64,000 bases of DNA from Armatimonadota bacterium (GCA_037444405.1 JBBIML010000009.1:1-64000); one strand, 5' to 3'. Shown: positions 9,687 through 19,864, numbered from the stretch's first letter. Notes: generated from the sequence alone by a model not told the origin. Made by a program: numbers and translations.

Positions 9687-12600
9687 ATGCCAATAGACAG
9701 TTCGCTACGGAAGGTGATGGTGATTGGCTCGGGTCCGATTGTGATCGGACAGGCAGCCGAGTTTGACTATTCTGGCTCCCAGGCGTGTCGCTCCCTGCGA
9801 GAGGAAGGTCTGCAGGTCGTGCTGATCAATTCCAACCCTGCCACGATTATGACCGACCCCGATATGGCGGATCGCGTCTATATCGAGCCGCTCACGGTGG
9901 AGTTCGCGGAGCGGGTGATTGCGCAGGAGCGTCCCGACGGCTTGCTGCCCACGCTGGGCGGTCAGACGGGGCTGAATCTGGCGACCGAGCTGGCGTTGCG
10001 TGGCATTCTGGATAAGTATGGCGTGCGGTTGCTGGGCACGTCGCTCTCCGCTATTCAGGCAGCCGAGGATCGTGAAAGGTTCCGCGAGCTGATGCGCCAG
10101 ATTGGGGAACCCGTGCCCGAATCGTGGATTGTGGAGAGCATGGGCGAGCTGCGCCGCGTTGCCGAAATCGTGCCCTATCCCTGTATTGTGCGCCCCGCCT
10201 ACACGCTGGGCGGCACGGGCGGCGGCATCGCCCACAACCCCGATGAACTGCTCGAAATCGGCGCGCGTGGACTGCAACTCTCCATGCGCCATCAGATACT
10301 GGTGGAGCGCTCCCTGCTTGGCTGGAAGGAGATTGAGTATGAGGTGATGCGCGACGGCGCCGATAATGCCATCATCGTCTGCAATATGGAGAACATCGAC
10401 CCGATGGGCGTGCATACGGGCGACTCGATGGTGGTCGCGCCGTCGCAGACGCTCAGCGATTTCGAGTATCAGCTGCTGCGCACCGCATCGCTCAAGATTA
10501 TCCGTGCGCTGGGCATTCAGGGCGGTTGCAATGTGCAGTTCGCACTGAACCCGAACGGCAGCGACTACTATGTGATTGAGGTGAACCCGCGCGTGAGCCG
10601 CTCCAGCGCGCTCGCCTCCAAAGCCACGGGCTACCCCATCGCCCGCATCGCCGCCAAAATCGCGATTGGGCTGCGACTGGACGAAATCAAAAATCCCATC
10701 ACGGGCACATCGGCGGCATTCGAACCCGCGCTCGATTACTGCGTGGTGAAAATCCCGCGCTTCCCGTTTGATAAGTTCCCAACGGGCGACCGCGCGCTGG
10801 GCACGCAGATGAAAGCCACCGGCGAGGTGATGGCGATCGACCGCACCTTCGAGGGCGCGCTCATGAAGGCGGTGCGCGGGCTGGAGGTGGGCGTCAGCGA
10901 CCTGCGCTATCCGCCAGCGGCGCATCTCAGCCCGATGGAGCTGGAAACGCTGATTGCCACCCCGAATGACATGCGCCTGTTTTATATCGCCGAAGCGTTC
11001 CGCCGCGGCTGGCTGGTGGAAGAGGTGCATGACCTGAGCCGGATCGACCCCTGGTTCCTGCACAAGATTCAGAACCTGGTGGAGCTGGAGCAGGAGCTGA
11101 TTGCCCGTAGCAGTGAGTTGCGGGTGCTGCTGATGGGCGAAAAGCGCGGGGACGCACTGGCACTCCTGCGTCAGGCGAAGCAGTGGCAGTTCCCCGACAG
11201 GTTCATCGCCCAGATCACGGGCTTGAGCGAGGTGCAGGTGCGCAGGGCGCGCCACGCGCTGGGCATCCGCCCCGCCTACAAAATGGTGGACACCTGCGCG
11301 GGCGAGTTCGAGGCGCAAACGCCCTATTTCTACAGCACCTATCACGGCGAGCATGACCGCCCGCCCATCAGCCACCCGCGCAAGGTGCTGGTGCTTGGCT
11401 CCGGACCCATCCGCATCGGGCAGGGAATAGAGTTCGACTACTCGGCGGTGCATGCGGTCAAGACCCTGCGCGAGCTGGGCTACTACGCGCTGATTCTGAA
11501 CAATAATCCCGAAACGGTGTCCACCGATTTCGACATTTCCGACGCGCTCTACTTTGATCCCATCACGCTGGAGGATGTGCTGAACCTGCTGGAGTATGAG
11601 AGTAGCCCTCACCCCCTGCCCCTCTCCCCCAGAGGGGGAGAGGGTACGGGTGAAGAGGCTTCCTGCCAGCGCGAGGGAAAATCGATCCCCGTGCTGGTGC
11701 AGTTCGGCGGACAGACGGCGATTAATCTGGTCAAGCAGCTGCAGGCGTTCGGAGTGCCGATTCTGGGCACGCCGCCCGAATCGATAGACATCGCGGAGGA
11801 CCGTCGGCGGTTCGACGCCTTGCTGGAGCAGCTGGGCATCCCGCGCCCGCCAGGTCAGGCGGTGCAGAGCCTCGAGGAGGCGAAGGCGATTGCCAGCGCG
11901 GTGGGCTATCCCGTGCTGGTGCGCCCCTCCTATGTGCTGGGCGGGCGGGCGATGGAGATCGTGCGCAACGATACGGAGCTGGAAACCTTCTGGCGGTCGG
12001 CAATCCTGGCGTTCCCCGACGCGCCCGTGCTGGTCGATAAATATATCGAGGGCAAAGAGGCGGAAGTGGATTTGATCGGCGATGGCGAACGGTTCATCAT
12101 CCCCGCGATTATGGAGCATATCGAACGGGCAGGCGTGCATTCGGGCGATAGCATGACCGTCGTGCCGCCCCAGACGCTCAGCCCAAAGGTGCAGGCGCAG
12201 ATTATCGACTATTCGCTGCGACTGGCGAGCGCGCTCAAAGTATGCGGGCTGATGAATGTGCAGTTCGTTATCGACGGCGAGCAGGTGTTTGTAATTGAGG
12301 TTAACCCGCGGGCGAGCCGCACCGTGCCCTACCTCTCCAAGATCACAGGCGTGCCGATGGTGAAGCTGGCGGTGTCCGCGCAGGTGGGTCAGTGGCTTCC
12401 CTCCGAATCTGCCGCTTGCAGGGGTATGGGTGAGGGGTTATCGCGCGTGGCGGTCAAGGCGCCCGTCTTCTCCAGCCTGAAGCTGCGGCGTGTGGAGGTG
12501 GCGCTCGGACCCGAAATGCGCTCCACAGGCGAGGTCATGGGCATCGACCGCACCTACGCGAACGCGCTTTACAAGGCGATGGTCGCCGCCGGCATTCATA

Positions 12601-12986
12601 TTCCGCGCAAAGGAAGCGTGCTGCTGACCCTTGCTGATAAAGACAAGGCGGAAGGTGTGGAGCTGGCGAAAGCGTTCCATCGGCGCGGGTTCAGGCTCTA
12701 CGCCACACACGGCACCGCCCGCGCCCTGCAAAAAGCAGGGCTGCCCGTGCAGATTGTGCCCAAAATCGGGCAGGGTAAGCCCGATCTGCTGGATTACATC
12801 ACGCATAAGCATGTGCAGCTGCTCATCAACACACCCAGTCCTGACCGCAAAGCAGAACAGCAGGGGTTAATCATCCGTCGCGCTGCCGTCGAACATGGAA
12901 TCCCCTGCCTGACCGCACTGGATACGGCGTGGGCGCTGCTGCACGCGATGGAGGCGCAGGAGTTCATCGTGGAGCCGATTAGCTGA
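9687..12986 (+). CDS. carB: Carbamoyl-phosphate synthase large subunit
   Basis: [18 protein letters not shown], two ATP-grasp halves, C-terminal MGS domain. Confidence 0.98.
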   Translation: MPIDSSLRKVMVIGSGPIVIGQAAEFDYSGSQACRSLREEGLQVVLINSNPATIMTDPDMADRVYIEPLTVEFAERVIAQERPDGLLPTLGGQTGLNLATELALRGILDKYGVRLLGTSLSAIQAAEDRERFRELMRQIGEPVPESWIVESMGELRRVAEIVPYPCIVRPAYTLGGTGGGIAHNPDELLEIGARGLQLSMRHQILVERSLLGWKEIEYEVMRDGADNAIIVCNMENIDPMGVHTGDSMVVAPSQTLSDFEYQLLRTASLKIIRALGIQGGCNVQFALNPNGSDYYVIEVNPRVSRSSALASKATGYPIARIAAKIAIGLRLDEIKNPITGTSAAFEPALDYCVVKIPRFPFDKFPTGDRALGTQMKATGEVMAIDRTFEGALMKAVRGLEVGVSDLRYPPAAHLSPMELETLIATPNDMRLFYIAEAFRRGWLVEEVHDLSRIDPWFLHKIQNLVELEQELIARSSELRVLLMGEKRGDALALLRQAKQWQFPDRFIAQITGLSEVQVRRARHALGIRPAYKMVDTCAGEFEAQTPYFYSTYHGEHDRPPISHPRKVLVLGSGPIRIGQGIEFDYSAVHAVKTLRELGYYALILNNNPETVSTDFDISDALYFDPITLEDVLNLLEYESSPHPLPLSPRGGEGTGEEASCQREGKSIPVLVQFGGQTAINLVKQLQAFGVPILGTPPESIDIAEDRRRFDALLEQLGIPRPPGQAVQSLEEAKAIASAVGYPVLVRPSYVLGGRAMEIVRNDTELETFWRSAILAFPDAPVLVDKYIEGKEAEVDLIGDGERFIIPAIMEHIERAGVHSGDSMTVVPPQTLSPKVQAQIIDYSLRLASALKVCGLMNVQFVIDGEQVFVIEVNPRASRTVPYLSKITGVPMVKLAVSAQVGQWLPSESAACRGMGEGLSRVAVKAPVFSSLKLRRVEVALGPEMRSTGEVMGIDRTYANALYKAMVAAGIHIPRKGSVLLTLADKDKAEGVELAKAFHRRGFRLYATHGTARALQKAGLPVQIVPKIGQGKPDLLDYITHKHVQLLINTPSPDRKAEQQGLIIRRAAVEHGIPCLTALDTAWALLHAMEAQEFIVEPIS
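11606..11658. repeat. Palindromic element inserted in-frame in carB
   Basis: CCCTCACCC...CCCTCTCCCCC-AGA-GGGGGAGAGGG...GGGTGA: perfect 11-bp stem plus outer TCACCC/GGGTGA pairing; encodes [17 protein letters not shown]. Confidence 0.75.
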
Positions 12987-12992
12987 ATCGGA

Positions 12993-13023
12993 AGGGGGGG
13001 TGCGCCCCGCGCACACCTCCCCG
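12993..13023. terminator. Hairpin between convergent carB and the PEP-CTERM gene
   Basis: GGGGGGGTGCGC-CCC-GCGCACACCTCCCC. Confidence 0.5.
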
Positions 13024-13053
13024 CAATAAAAGGTGCCCCTGTTTGCTGACAGC

Positions 13054-13626
13054 TTAGCGGCGGCGTCGGCGCAGAGCCAGCAGACCCACCAGACCCGTGC
13101 CCAGCGCAATCATGCTGGCAGGCTCCGGCACCACACTGAGGGTCAGGATGTAGGAGCCAGTCTCGCTATGGCTGGCGCCTTCATAGTAGCTGAGACTGTT
13201 CTGACCTACACCGTGATAGCCTGTGATGGCCAGATAGTAGTAGCCTGAAGCGGTTGCCTGCCAGCGGATGGCGGAGCCAAGCCCACCGATAGACCCAGCG
13301 TCGTCGTTGAAGACGAGCGCTGTGCTGCCGGTGGCGTCAAACAGCGCCATCACGGTGTCGGGATCGGTATTGTTGTTGCTGATTGGGAAGGTGATGGCGG
13401 TCAGCCAGTCCCCAGCGTTGAGCCAGATTTTGAAGAAGTCAGAGTCGTTGGCGGTCAGGCTCAACACGCCGACATCGGACCAGGGCACATTGTAAGCAGG
13501 CGGCGCAAACACATTCGGGTCGAATGTGGCGCGCGTGTTGTTCGGCTCCGTCTCGCTAAAGAGCGCGAACGCATTTACAGCCAACAGGGCACCAAGTGCC
13601 ACTCCAGCCAGTCGTTTCAATACCAT
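13054..13626 (-). CDS. PEP-CTERM sorted surface protein with a PPC/DVUA0089-like domain
   Basis: Signal peptide MVLKRLAGVALGALLAVNAFA; C-terminal VPEPASMIALGTGLVGLLALRRRRR; AGGAGG RBS favours the ATG at 13626. Confidence 0.92.
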   Translation of the reverse strand: MVLKRLAGVALGALLAVNAFALFSETEPNNTRATFDPNVFAPPAYNVPWSDVGVLSLTANDSDFFKIWLNAGDWLTAITFPISNNNTDPDTVMALFDATGSTALVFNDDAGSIGGLGSAIRWQATASGYYYLAITGYHGVGQNSLSYYEGASHSETGSYILTLSVVPEPASMIALGTGLVGLLALRRRRR

Positions 13627-13692
13627 CGTCATATCCTCCTTTCCGGGTGTGCCGGATTCGTCGGCTGGCGGGCATACCAGCCTGACACCTCT

Positions 13693-13722
13693 ATTATAGC
13701 ACATCGAGGGCGCAAATGTCAA
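13693..13722 (-). promoter_or_regulatory. Consensus sigma70 promoter for the PEP-CTERM gene
   Basis: TTGACA-N18-TATAAT with TGn extension on the minus strand. Confidence 0.85.
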
Positions 13723-13785
13723 GGGGGAACACCCGATTCGGGGGCGATTCGGGCGAAAAACAGGTATTTTTGCGGGGTGAATTGC

Positions 13786-14073
13786 CTATCGGGGCACGAT
13801 GTGCAGGGGCTTCTCGCCGCGTTTGAGCCAGCCTTTTTCGCGGGCAAGCGCCTCTTTGCCCGCGGGCGTGGAGAACCGTTGCAGCTGCTGACGCAGTTCC
13901 GCCTGCTCCCCCCGCAGCGCCTGCGCCTGCGCTTCCAGCGATTGAACCTCCTGACGGGTCTGCCACCAGCGGGCATAGATGCGGGTAGAGCGCGGCGCCA
14001 GCCCGATGCCCATCAGCACCGTCAGCACCCACAGTCCCAGCCATAACCAGCCCGATCGCCTCTCTCCTGCCAT
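13786..14073 (-). CDS. Septum formation initiator (DivIC/FtsB-like)
   Basis: Single TM segment, coiled coil, EALAREKGWLKRGE motif. Confidence 0.75.
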   Translation of the reverse strand: MAGERRSGWLWLGLWVLTVLMGIGLAPRSTRIYARWWQTRQEVQSLEAQAQALRGEQAELRQQLQRFSTPAGKEALAREKGWLKRGEKPLHIVPR

Positions 14074-14084
14074 TAATAACCCCC

Positions 14085-14168
14085 TACGACACCTGCCACC
14101 CGATTCCTGCTAATAATGCGACCGATTGATCAAAAGGGATGTGCAGGAAAAGTGGAGCCAGCGTCGAA
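14085..14168. promoter_or_regulatory. Back-to-back sigma-H-like promoters for the divIC-like gene (-) and tpiA (+)
   Basis: GCAGGA-N16-CGTA (minus, 14085-14110) and GCAGGA-N16-CGAA (plus, 14143-14168). Confidence 0.55.
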
Positions 14169-14188
14169 GCCATTCAGATGGTGGAATC

Positions 14189-14992
14189 ATGCGCACCTGT
14201 TTGATTGCAGGTAACTGGAAGATGAATCTGACCCCTGCGGAGGGGGCGGCTCTTGCGAACACGCTGCGCCAGCGTATCGGCACGCGCCTGAATGTGGAGG
14301 TGGTGCTGTGCCCTGCGTTTGTCGCGCTGCCAGCTGTCGCCGAGGCGATTCGCGGCAGCGGATTGAAACTGGGCGCCCAGACGGTGTTCTGGAGCGATTC
14401 GGGCGCCTACACGGGGCAGGTATCGCCCCCGATGCTGGTCGCCGTCGGCTGCGAATATGTAATTATCGGGCACTCGGAGACGCGCGGACGGTTCGGAAAG
14501 CCCGACCCCAGCCTCACCGAAGCGCACCTGCGCTACTTCGGCGAGAACGACGCCACGGTGAACCTCAAGCTCAAAGCGGCGCTGCCGCACGGGCTGAAAC
14601 CGATTCTGTGCGTCGGTGAGACCCTGCAGGAGCGTGAGGCAAGCCAGACCGAGACGGTCATCCGTCAGCAATTGATAGGCGCGCTGCAGGGGCTGGAGGC
14701 GGATGAGCTGTACGAGCTGGTGATTGCCTACGAGCCGGTGTGGGCAATCGGCACGGGGCAGGTGTGCGATGCGCCCGAAGCGAACCGCATCTGCGCCTTC
14801 ATCCGCCAGCAACTGCGCGAGCTGTACGAGCCAGAGCTGGGCGACCATGTGCGCGTGCTGTATGGCGGCAGCGTGACGGCGTCGAACGCACACGGGCTGC
14901 TGCATCAGCCCGAGATCGATGGCGTGCTGGTCGGTGGCGCCAGCCTGGACGCCGAAGAGTTCGTGCAAATCACTTACTGCGCTCCCCAGTAA
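14189..14992 (+). CDS. tpiA: Triosephosphate isomerase
   Basis: IAGNWKMN, GHSE, AYEPVWAIGTG, YGGSV and LVGGASL motifs. Confidence 0.97.
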   Translation: MRTCLIAGNWKMNLTPAEGAALANTLRQRIGTRLNVEVVLCPAFVALPAVAEAIRGSGLKLGAQTVFWSDSGAYTGQVSPPMLVAVGCEYVIIGHSETRGRFGKPDPSLTEAHLRYFGENDATVNLKLKAALPHGLKPILCVGETLQEREASQTETVIRQQLIGALQGLEADELYELVIAYEPVWAIGTGQVCDAPEANRICAFIRQQLRELYEPELGDHVRVLYGGSVTASNAHGLLHQPEIDGVLVGGASLDAEEFVQITYCAPQ

Positions 14993-17030
14993 GCCATTCT
15001 AAATAGAGTTCCGTTTGCTGGATATTCGCGCGGAACCATCGCTCCGACAGCAGCAGGAACCACCACGCGGCGGGGCGGGCACAGGTGTGGATCAGCCCGT
15101 CGGCGGTCAGAATGGCGGTTCGAACCAGCTCCACGCGCGTTAGTTCGGCTTCGTACTCCAGCGTTTGCACACGCTCGCGGACAGCATTCAGCTCCGGCGT
15201 GTGCCCGATCTGGAGCCGTTGAGCCAGCAACGCCCTGAGCTGCTGACGGATGGCTCGCAATCGCTCGGAGATGGCTTGCAGGCGAACCTCGCACGCTTCG
15301 CGCTGTGCGAGATAAGTGTCTTGCTCCGATGGGTTCTGCCGGGCTTGTCGGAACAGCTCGCCTTTCTCGCGTTCCAGTCGGGTGCGTTCGCTCTGCAGGG
15401 CGCGGCGTTCGGCGTGCAGGGCGTGCGCCTGCTGGCGCAGATAAGCTGCCTGCTCGCCCACCTGCTGTAATCGTGCGTGCAACTGTTCATACTCGCGGGC
15501 TTTGTCACGCCACTCCTCGCTCAGATGCTCTGCCAGGTAACGCATCAGCTCGCGCGGGTTGTGACACCGACTCAGGTCGTGCAACCGCTCGCGCTGTGCC
15601 TGCACCACCGCACGCCAGCGCCGCGCGAACTGTTCCGAACACAGCTCGCGCTCGCCAAACGCCGTCGCGAGATGCTCTGGTAAGCGCAACTGGATGCATT
15701 CCGCGCCAATCGTGTCCCATGTCGCGTAGCGCAGGCGCAACAGCGGGTGAAGGTTCATCGCCACGCCGTCGCGCTGAATCTGATCCAGCATGCGAGCACT
15801 CTGGCTCAGGTAGGGCGAGCCACGCTCGTTGAACACGCAGATGAACTCGTGCGCCAGCATTGGCACCAGAGTGAGCGCTTTGCCAATCAGCGTGACGCCC
15901 TCGCCGAACGACTCCGCGATCACACGCGCCAGCGCGTCGACGCTCTGGACGGGTTCCGTCAGCCGGATCACGGCGGGTTCAGGCGTCAGCACGGTGAGGT
16001 ATCGCTCGGTGAGCATCAGCGTGCCGCGCCCGCGTCGGGGAATGAGTAAATCGAACGGCAGTGCGCCCTCACCGAACTCGTGCAGGGCATAGATGTCGGT
16101 GCCGGCAACCGCATCGTTGTAGGCGCGTTCACAGATGGGGCGCGTGCGCGGGTCCAGAAATCGCTGCAGCAGCTGGAATCGGGGCAGGTGCGCCGTGTCG
16201 GGCGCGAAGCGCAACAGCTCCGTCGTGCGCGTGAAGCCCACTATCTCCGGCACCTCGCCGATCAGCCACACGAGGAAATCGCGATAGAGGTAGCGATAGA
16301 GGTCTGCCAGCGAGAGCGATTCGGCGAGGCTTGCCAGCTCGTGAACGCGCTGACGGATAGCGTCGGCACGCTGACGGGCGCGCTCGCGCTGGTCGGGGTC
16401 TGCCAGGCATTCGAGCGTGTTTTCGAAGCCCCACTGGAGCAGCGTGTCGAGGGCGGGCAGCACCTCGCGGACAGACATCTCATACACGGGGCGCGGCACG
16501 CTGCCGGTTGTCACCAGCCCGCGCCAGCCCCACGCCTCGGTGATGGCGTCAAGAAACGCCTCACGCCCCAGCGGATGGTGACGGGCGACCTTCTCCAGCT
16601 GGGCACCCGCCTCCGCATAGCGAGCGCGTGTCGGAACCGTCTCGCTGCCGAACAGGCACGAGATTTCGCCTGCCGCCGACCACAGCCCGCGCGTGGAGCC
16701 ATCATTATGCGGCAACATCAGCAACCAATCGGCACCCTCCCGCTTCGGGGAAGAGGGTGCGGGTGAGGGAACGCTCTCTTTGGGCAGGCGCTTCGTGTGC
16801 AGGCGACCGAAATAATCGGTGTCATGCACACCGAAGAAGAAGGGGCGCGTACGCCCGCACGCCGCCATCAACAGCAGCAGTCCGCTCTTGGTCGGCTCGT
16901 CCCAGAACACTGTCTGACCCAGCGCCAGCAGCGGCACGCCCGGCGCAATCCGCTCCAGCTGCTCCAGCACGCTTTCTACCGAGGAATGACACCCCACTGG
17001 CTCTGGCATGACGGTGTAAAGGATACCCAC
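14970..17030 (-). CDS. Conserved-looking hypothetical protein with a long C-terminal coiled coil (possibly BshC-like)
   Basis: 686-aa ORF with host-like codon usage; start could also be the ATG at 17009. Confidence 0.7.
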   Translation of the reverse strand: MGILYTVMPEPVGCHSSVESVLEQLERIAPGVPLLALGQTVFWDEPTKSGLLLLMAACGRTRPFFFGVHDTDYFGRLHTKRLPKESVPSPAPSSPKREGADWLLMLPHNDGSTRGLWSAAGEISCLFGSETVPTRARYAEAGAQLEKVARHHPLGREAFLDAITEAWGWRGLVTTGSVPRPVYEMSVREVLPALDTLLQWGFENTLECLADPDQRERARQRADAIRQRVHELASLAESLSLADLYRYLYRDFLVWLIGEVPEIVGFTRTTELLRFAPDTAHLPRFQLLQRFLDPRTRPICERAYNDAVAGTDIYALHEFGEGALPFDLLIPRRGRGTLMLTERYLTVLTPEPAVIRLTEPVQSVDALARVIAESFGEGVTLIGKALTLVPMLAHEFICVFNERGSPYLSQSARMLDQIQRDGVAMNLHPLLRLRYATWDTIGAECIQLRLPEHLATAFGERELCSEQFARRWRAVVQAQRERLHDLSRCHNPRELMRYLAEHLSEEWRDKAREYEQLHARLQQVGEQAAYLRQQAHALHAERRALQSERTRLEREKGELFRQARQNPSEQDTYLAQREACEVRLQAISERLRAIRQQLRALLAQRLQIGHTPELNAVRERVQTLEYEAELTRVELVRTAILTADGLIHTCARPAAWWFLLLSERWFRANIQQTELYLEWLTGERSK
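16735..16769 (-). repeat. Second copy of the CCCTCACCC palindromic element, in-frame in the hypothetical gene
   Basis: Minus strand CCCTCACCCGCACCCTCTTCCCCGAAGCGGGAGGG encodes PSPAPSSPKREG. Confidence 0.65.
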
Positions 17031-17062
17031 TGGCGGGTATGGTGGGAACTTTCTGACGCGCG

Positions 17063-17397
17063 ATGCCGCTGGAGCAGGCGATGGATTACCTTGTTAGCCT
17101 GCCGTTCGGCGCGACCGACTGCGCCCTGCCGATGCTCTGGGCGCTCGAGCGCGGGGTGGAGGCGGACGCCTTCGTCATCTACACCGACTCGGAGACCTGG
17201 TACGGCGCGGTACATCCCGTCGAGGCGCTGCGCATGTATCGCGAGGCAACAGGTATCCCTGCCCGACTGGTGATGGTCGCCATGCTGGCGAACCCGTTCA
17301 CGATTGCGGACCCCAGCGACGCTGCATGCTCGATGTGGTGGAGTTCGACCCCAGCACACCAGATGCGATTGCCGAGTTCGTACAGGGCAACCTGTGA
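17063..17397 (+). pseudogene. 5'-truncated, frameshifted Ro60/TROVE (Rsr-like) vWA fragment
   Basis: GATDCALPMLWA...FVIYTDSETW...HPVEAL...FTIADPSD; after a frame change near 17324 it continues MLDVVEFDPSTPDAIAEFVQGNL*. Confidence 0.85.
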
Positions 17398-17406
17398 ACC
17401 CACTTC

Positions 17407-17436
17407 ATGGGGACGCGACCATCGTGTCCCCACTAC
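17407..17436 (-). repeat. REP-like hairpin
   Basis: Minus strand GTAG-TGGGGACACGA-TGG-TCGCGTCCCCA. Confidence 0.45.
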
Positions 17437-17460
17437 CACATGGTATAATTCTGACAAGGC

Positions 17461-18396
17461 ATGCCACTTTCTGTTGCGGATCTGGAGAGCCTCATTCGCC
17501 TGCTGGATGAGCATCCAGAGTGGGCGGAGGCGTTGCAGGAGCGGCTGGTCAATGAGCGAACGCTGATTCGCCTGCTGGAGCAGCGGGCGGAGCTGCGTGA
17601 CGCGGCGCGTCGTCTCATCTTGCAGGACGAACTGCTCCAACTGCCCGTGCTGATTCGCGAGCTGGCAGCCGAGCAGCGGCGATTTGCTGAACTGCTCCAG
17701 CGCCACGATGAAATGCTCCAGCGCCACGATGAACTGCTCCAGCAGAACACGCTCATTCTTCAGCAGCATGGTGAGCGCATCGCGCGTTTAGAAGCGTTGA
17801 TGGAGCAGATGATAGCGGAGCAGCAGCGTTTTGCCGAACTGCTCCAGCGCCACGATGAACTGCTCCAGCGCCACGATGAACTGCTGAACCGAGTCATGGC
17901 GTCGCAGGAGCGGCTGGAGCGCGACTTTGAAGAGATGCGGAAGTGGCGCGAGGGTGAAGAGGGACGCCGTGCAGGCGAACGATTCGAAAGACAGATTGCC
18001 AAGCGCGTCGTGCGCCTGCTGAACGGGGGCGACGGAGGACAGACGGACGAACCGCATGTAAAGCAACGCTTGCGAGAGTGGCTCCAGCGCCTGCCGCCCG
18101 AAGAAGATGGCTACCCCGATGAGGAAAGCGACCCCACGCTGGCAGACCTCATCTGGTGGAAGCAGGATCAGGTCGCTGTGGTGGAGGTCGCCCTCAAGGT
18201 CAATCGCCGCGATGTGTTGCGCGCACGCCAGCGTGCCGACACCCTGCGCCGCGCGGGTGTAGACGCCATCCCGATTGTGATTGGCGAAGCGTGGGCAACA
18301 GCGACCACCAAACGGCTCGCCGAACAAAACAGCGTCGAATGGATGCTCAAAGGCGAGGTCTCCCGAGGGGTTATCGAGTTCCGCCAGCTCCCGTAA
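17461..18396 (+). CDS. Coiled-coil heptad-repeat protein with a C-terminal PD-(D/E)XK-like domain
   Basis: ELLQRHD repeats; C-terminal ADLIW...VVEVA...DVLRARQRADTL; TGGTATAAT just upstream. Confidence 0.7.
   Translation: MPLSVADLESLIRLLDEHPEWAEALQERLVNERTLIRLLEQRAELRDAARRLILQDELLQLPVLIRELAAEQRRFAELLQRHDEMLQRHDELLQQNTLILQQHGERIARLEALMEQMIAEQQRFAELLQRHDELLQRHDELLNRVMASQERLERDFEEMRKWREGEEGRRAGERFERQIAKRVVRLLNGGDGGQTDEPHVKQRLREWLQRLPPEEDGYPDEESDPTLADLIWWKQDQVAVVEVALKVNRRDVLRARQRADTLRRAGVDAIPIVIGEAWATATTKRLAEQNSVEWMLKGEVSRGVIEFRQLP
17689..17886 (+). repeat. Two blocks of 21-nt tandem repeats (GAACTGCTCCAGCGCCACGAT)
   Basis: Visible near 17689-17742 and 17836-17886. Confidence 0.85.
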
Positions 18397-19864
18397 TGGT
18401 CTGCAAGCCGCGTGGGGTGCGCAGCTGCTCCTGCAGGTTCGCCATTTGCTCCCAGGCGTAGCCGATGCGCAGCACGGTCATTTCATCGAACGGCTTGCCG
18501 ATAATCTGCAGTCCGACGGGCAGACCGTCCACGAAGCCGCAGGGCACCGAGAGCGCGGGCACGCCCGTGAGATTGATGGGGATGGTCAGCACATCCATCA
18601 GTTTCATGGCGAGCGGATCGCTCACCAGCTCGCCGATTTTGAAGGCGGGCGTCGGCGCGGTGGGGCACAGCAGCGCATCAAACTGTGCCATCGCGCGGTC
18701 AAACTCCTGACGCAGCAGGGTGCGCGCCTTCTGCGCTTTGAGATAGTAGGCGTCGTAGTAGCCGGCGGAGAGCGCGTAGGTACCGATGATGATGCGCTGG
18801 ATAACCTCGTCGCCGAAGCCTGCGGCGCGGGTGCGCTCCATCATGCCGACATGCCCTCGCTCCTCGCCCTCGCGCAGCCCGTAGCGCACGCCATCGTATC
18901 GTGCCAGATTCGAGGAGCATTCAGCAGGCGCGAGAATGTAGTAGATGGGCAGCCCATATTCCACCATCGGGATGGAGGTCTCCTCCACGATTGCGCCCTC
19001 ATCGGCGAGCCGATCGATAGCCGCGCGCACCACCTGCGCGACCTCTAACTGAACGCCCTGCGCGAAGAACTCGCGCGGCACGCCCAATCGCATGCCCTTC
19101 ACTTCAGGGCGCAACGCCTCCCGATAGTCGGGCACAGGCACATCCACGCTGGTGGCGTCCAGCGGGTCCTTGCCCGCAATCGCATTCATCATCAAGGCGC
19201 AGTCGGCGACGGTCCGGGTGATGGGTCCAATCTGATCCAGTGAGGAGGCATAGGCGATAAGCCCGTAGCGACTGACGCGCCCATAGGTCGGTTTCAGCCC
19301 GACCGCGCCGCAGTAGGCGGCAGGCTGACGAATGGAGCCGCCCGTGTCGGAGCCGAGCGCGGCGACCGCCATATGCGCAACGACCGCTGCCGCCGAACCG
19401 CCCGACGAGCCGCCGGGCACGCGCGATAAATCCCACGGGTTGCGCGTCGGATGGAACGCCGAATACTCGGTGGAGCTGCCCATCGCGAACTCGTCCATAT
19501 TCGCTTTGCCCAGAATCACGGCGCCTGCCGCCTTCAGCCGCGCCGTGACGGTGGCATCATAGGGCGGCACATAGTTGTGCAGGATGCGCGAGGCACAGGT
19601 GGTGCGGATGCCGCGCGTGCTGATGTTGTCTTTAATCGCAACAGGGATGCCCAACAGCGGGTTCCATTCACCTGCATCCAGTCGCGCCTGTGCCTGACGC
19701 GCCATCTCGCGTGCCTGTTCGGGCACAAGCGTGATGTAAGCCTGGATGGTCGGCTCCAGCCGCTCAATCTGTTGGATCACAGCGTCGGTCAGCTCCATCG
19801 CGGAGATTTCGCGCCGACGCAACAGCTCACTCAGCTCCGACAGGCTGCGCGTAATCAGTTCCAT
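18371..19864 (-). CDS. gatA: Asp/Glu-tRNA amidotransferase subunit A
   Basis: GKANMDEFAMGSSTE, PGGSSGGSAA, GSDTGGSIRQPA and SSNLARYDGVRYG motifs. Confidence 0.97.
   Translation of the reverse strand: MELITRSLSELSELLRRREISAMELTDAVIQQIERLEPTIQAYITLVPEQAREMARQAQARLDAGEWNPLLGIPVAIKDNISTRGIRTTCASRILHNYVPPYDATVTARLKAAGAVILGKANMDEFAMGSSTEYSAFHPTRNPWDLSRVPGGSSGGSAAAVVAHMAVAALGSDTGGSIRQPAAYCGAVGLKPTYGRVSRYGLIAYASSLDQIGPITRTVADCALMMNAIAGKDPLDATSVDVPVPDYREALRPEVKGMRLGVPREFFAQGVQLEVAQVVRAAIDRLADEGAIVEETSIPMVEYGLPIYYILAPAECSSNLARYDGVRYGLREGEERGHVGMMERTRAAGFGDEVIQRIIIGTYALSAGYYDAYYLKAQKARTLLRQEFDRAMAQFDALLCPTAPTPAFKIGELVSDPLAMKLMDVLTIPINLTGVPALSVPCGFVDGLPVGLQIIGKPFDEMTVLRIGYAWEQMANLQEQLRTPRGLQTITGAGGTR

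Noticed and set aside
9705..12140. Long antisense ORFs (811 aa here, 673 aa at 35328-37349, and many shorter ones)
   Set aside because: Shadow ORFs opposite well-supported genes in high-GC DNA; no recognisable motifs
13641..13688. Dual hairpin in the PEP-CTERM leader as an ANTAR target
   Set aside because: Loops are about 8 and 5 nt rather than the paired hexanucleotide loops; no downstream terminator
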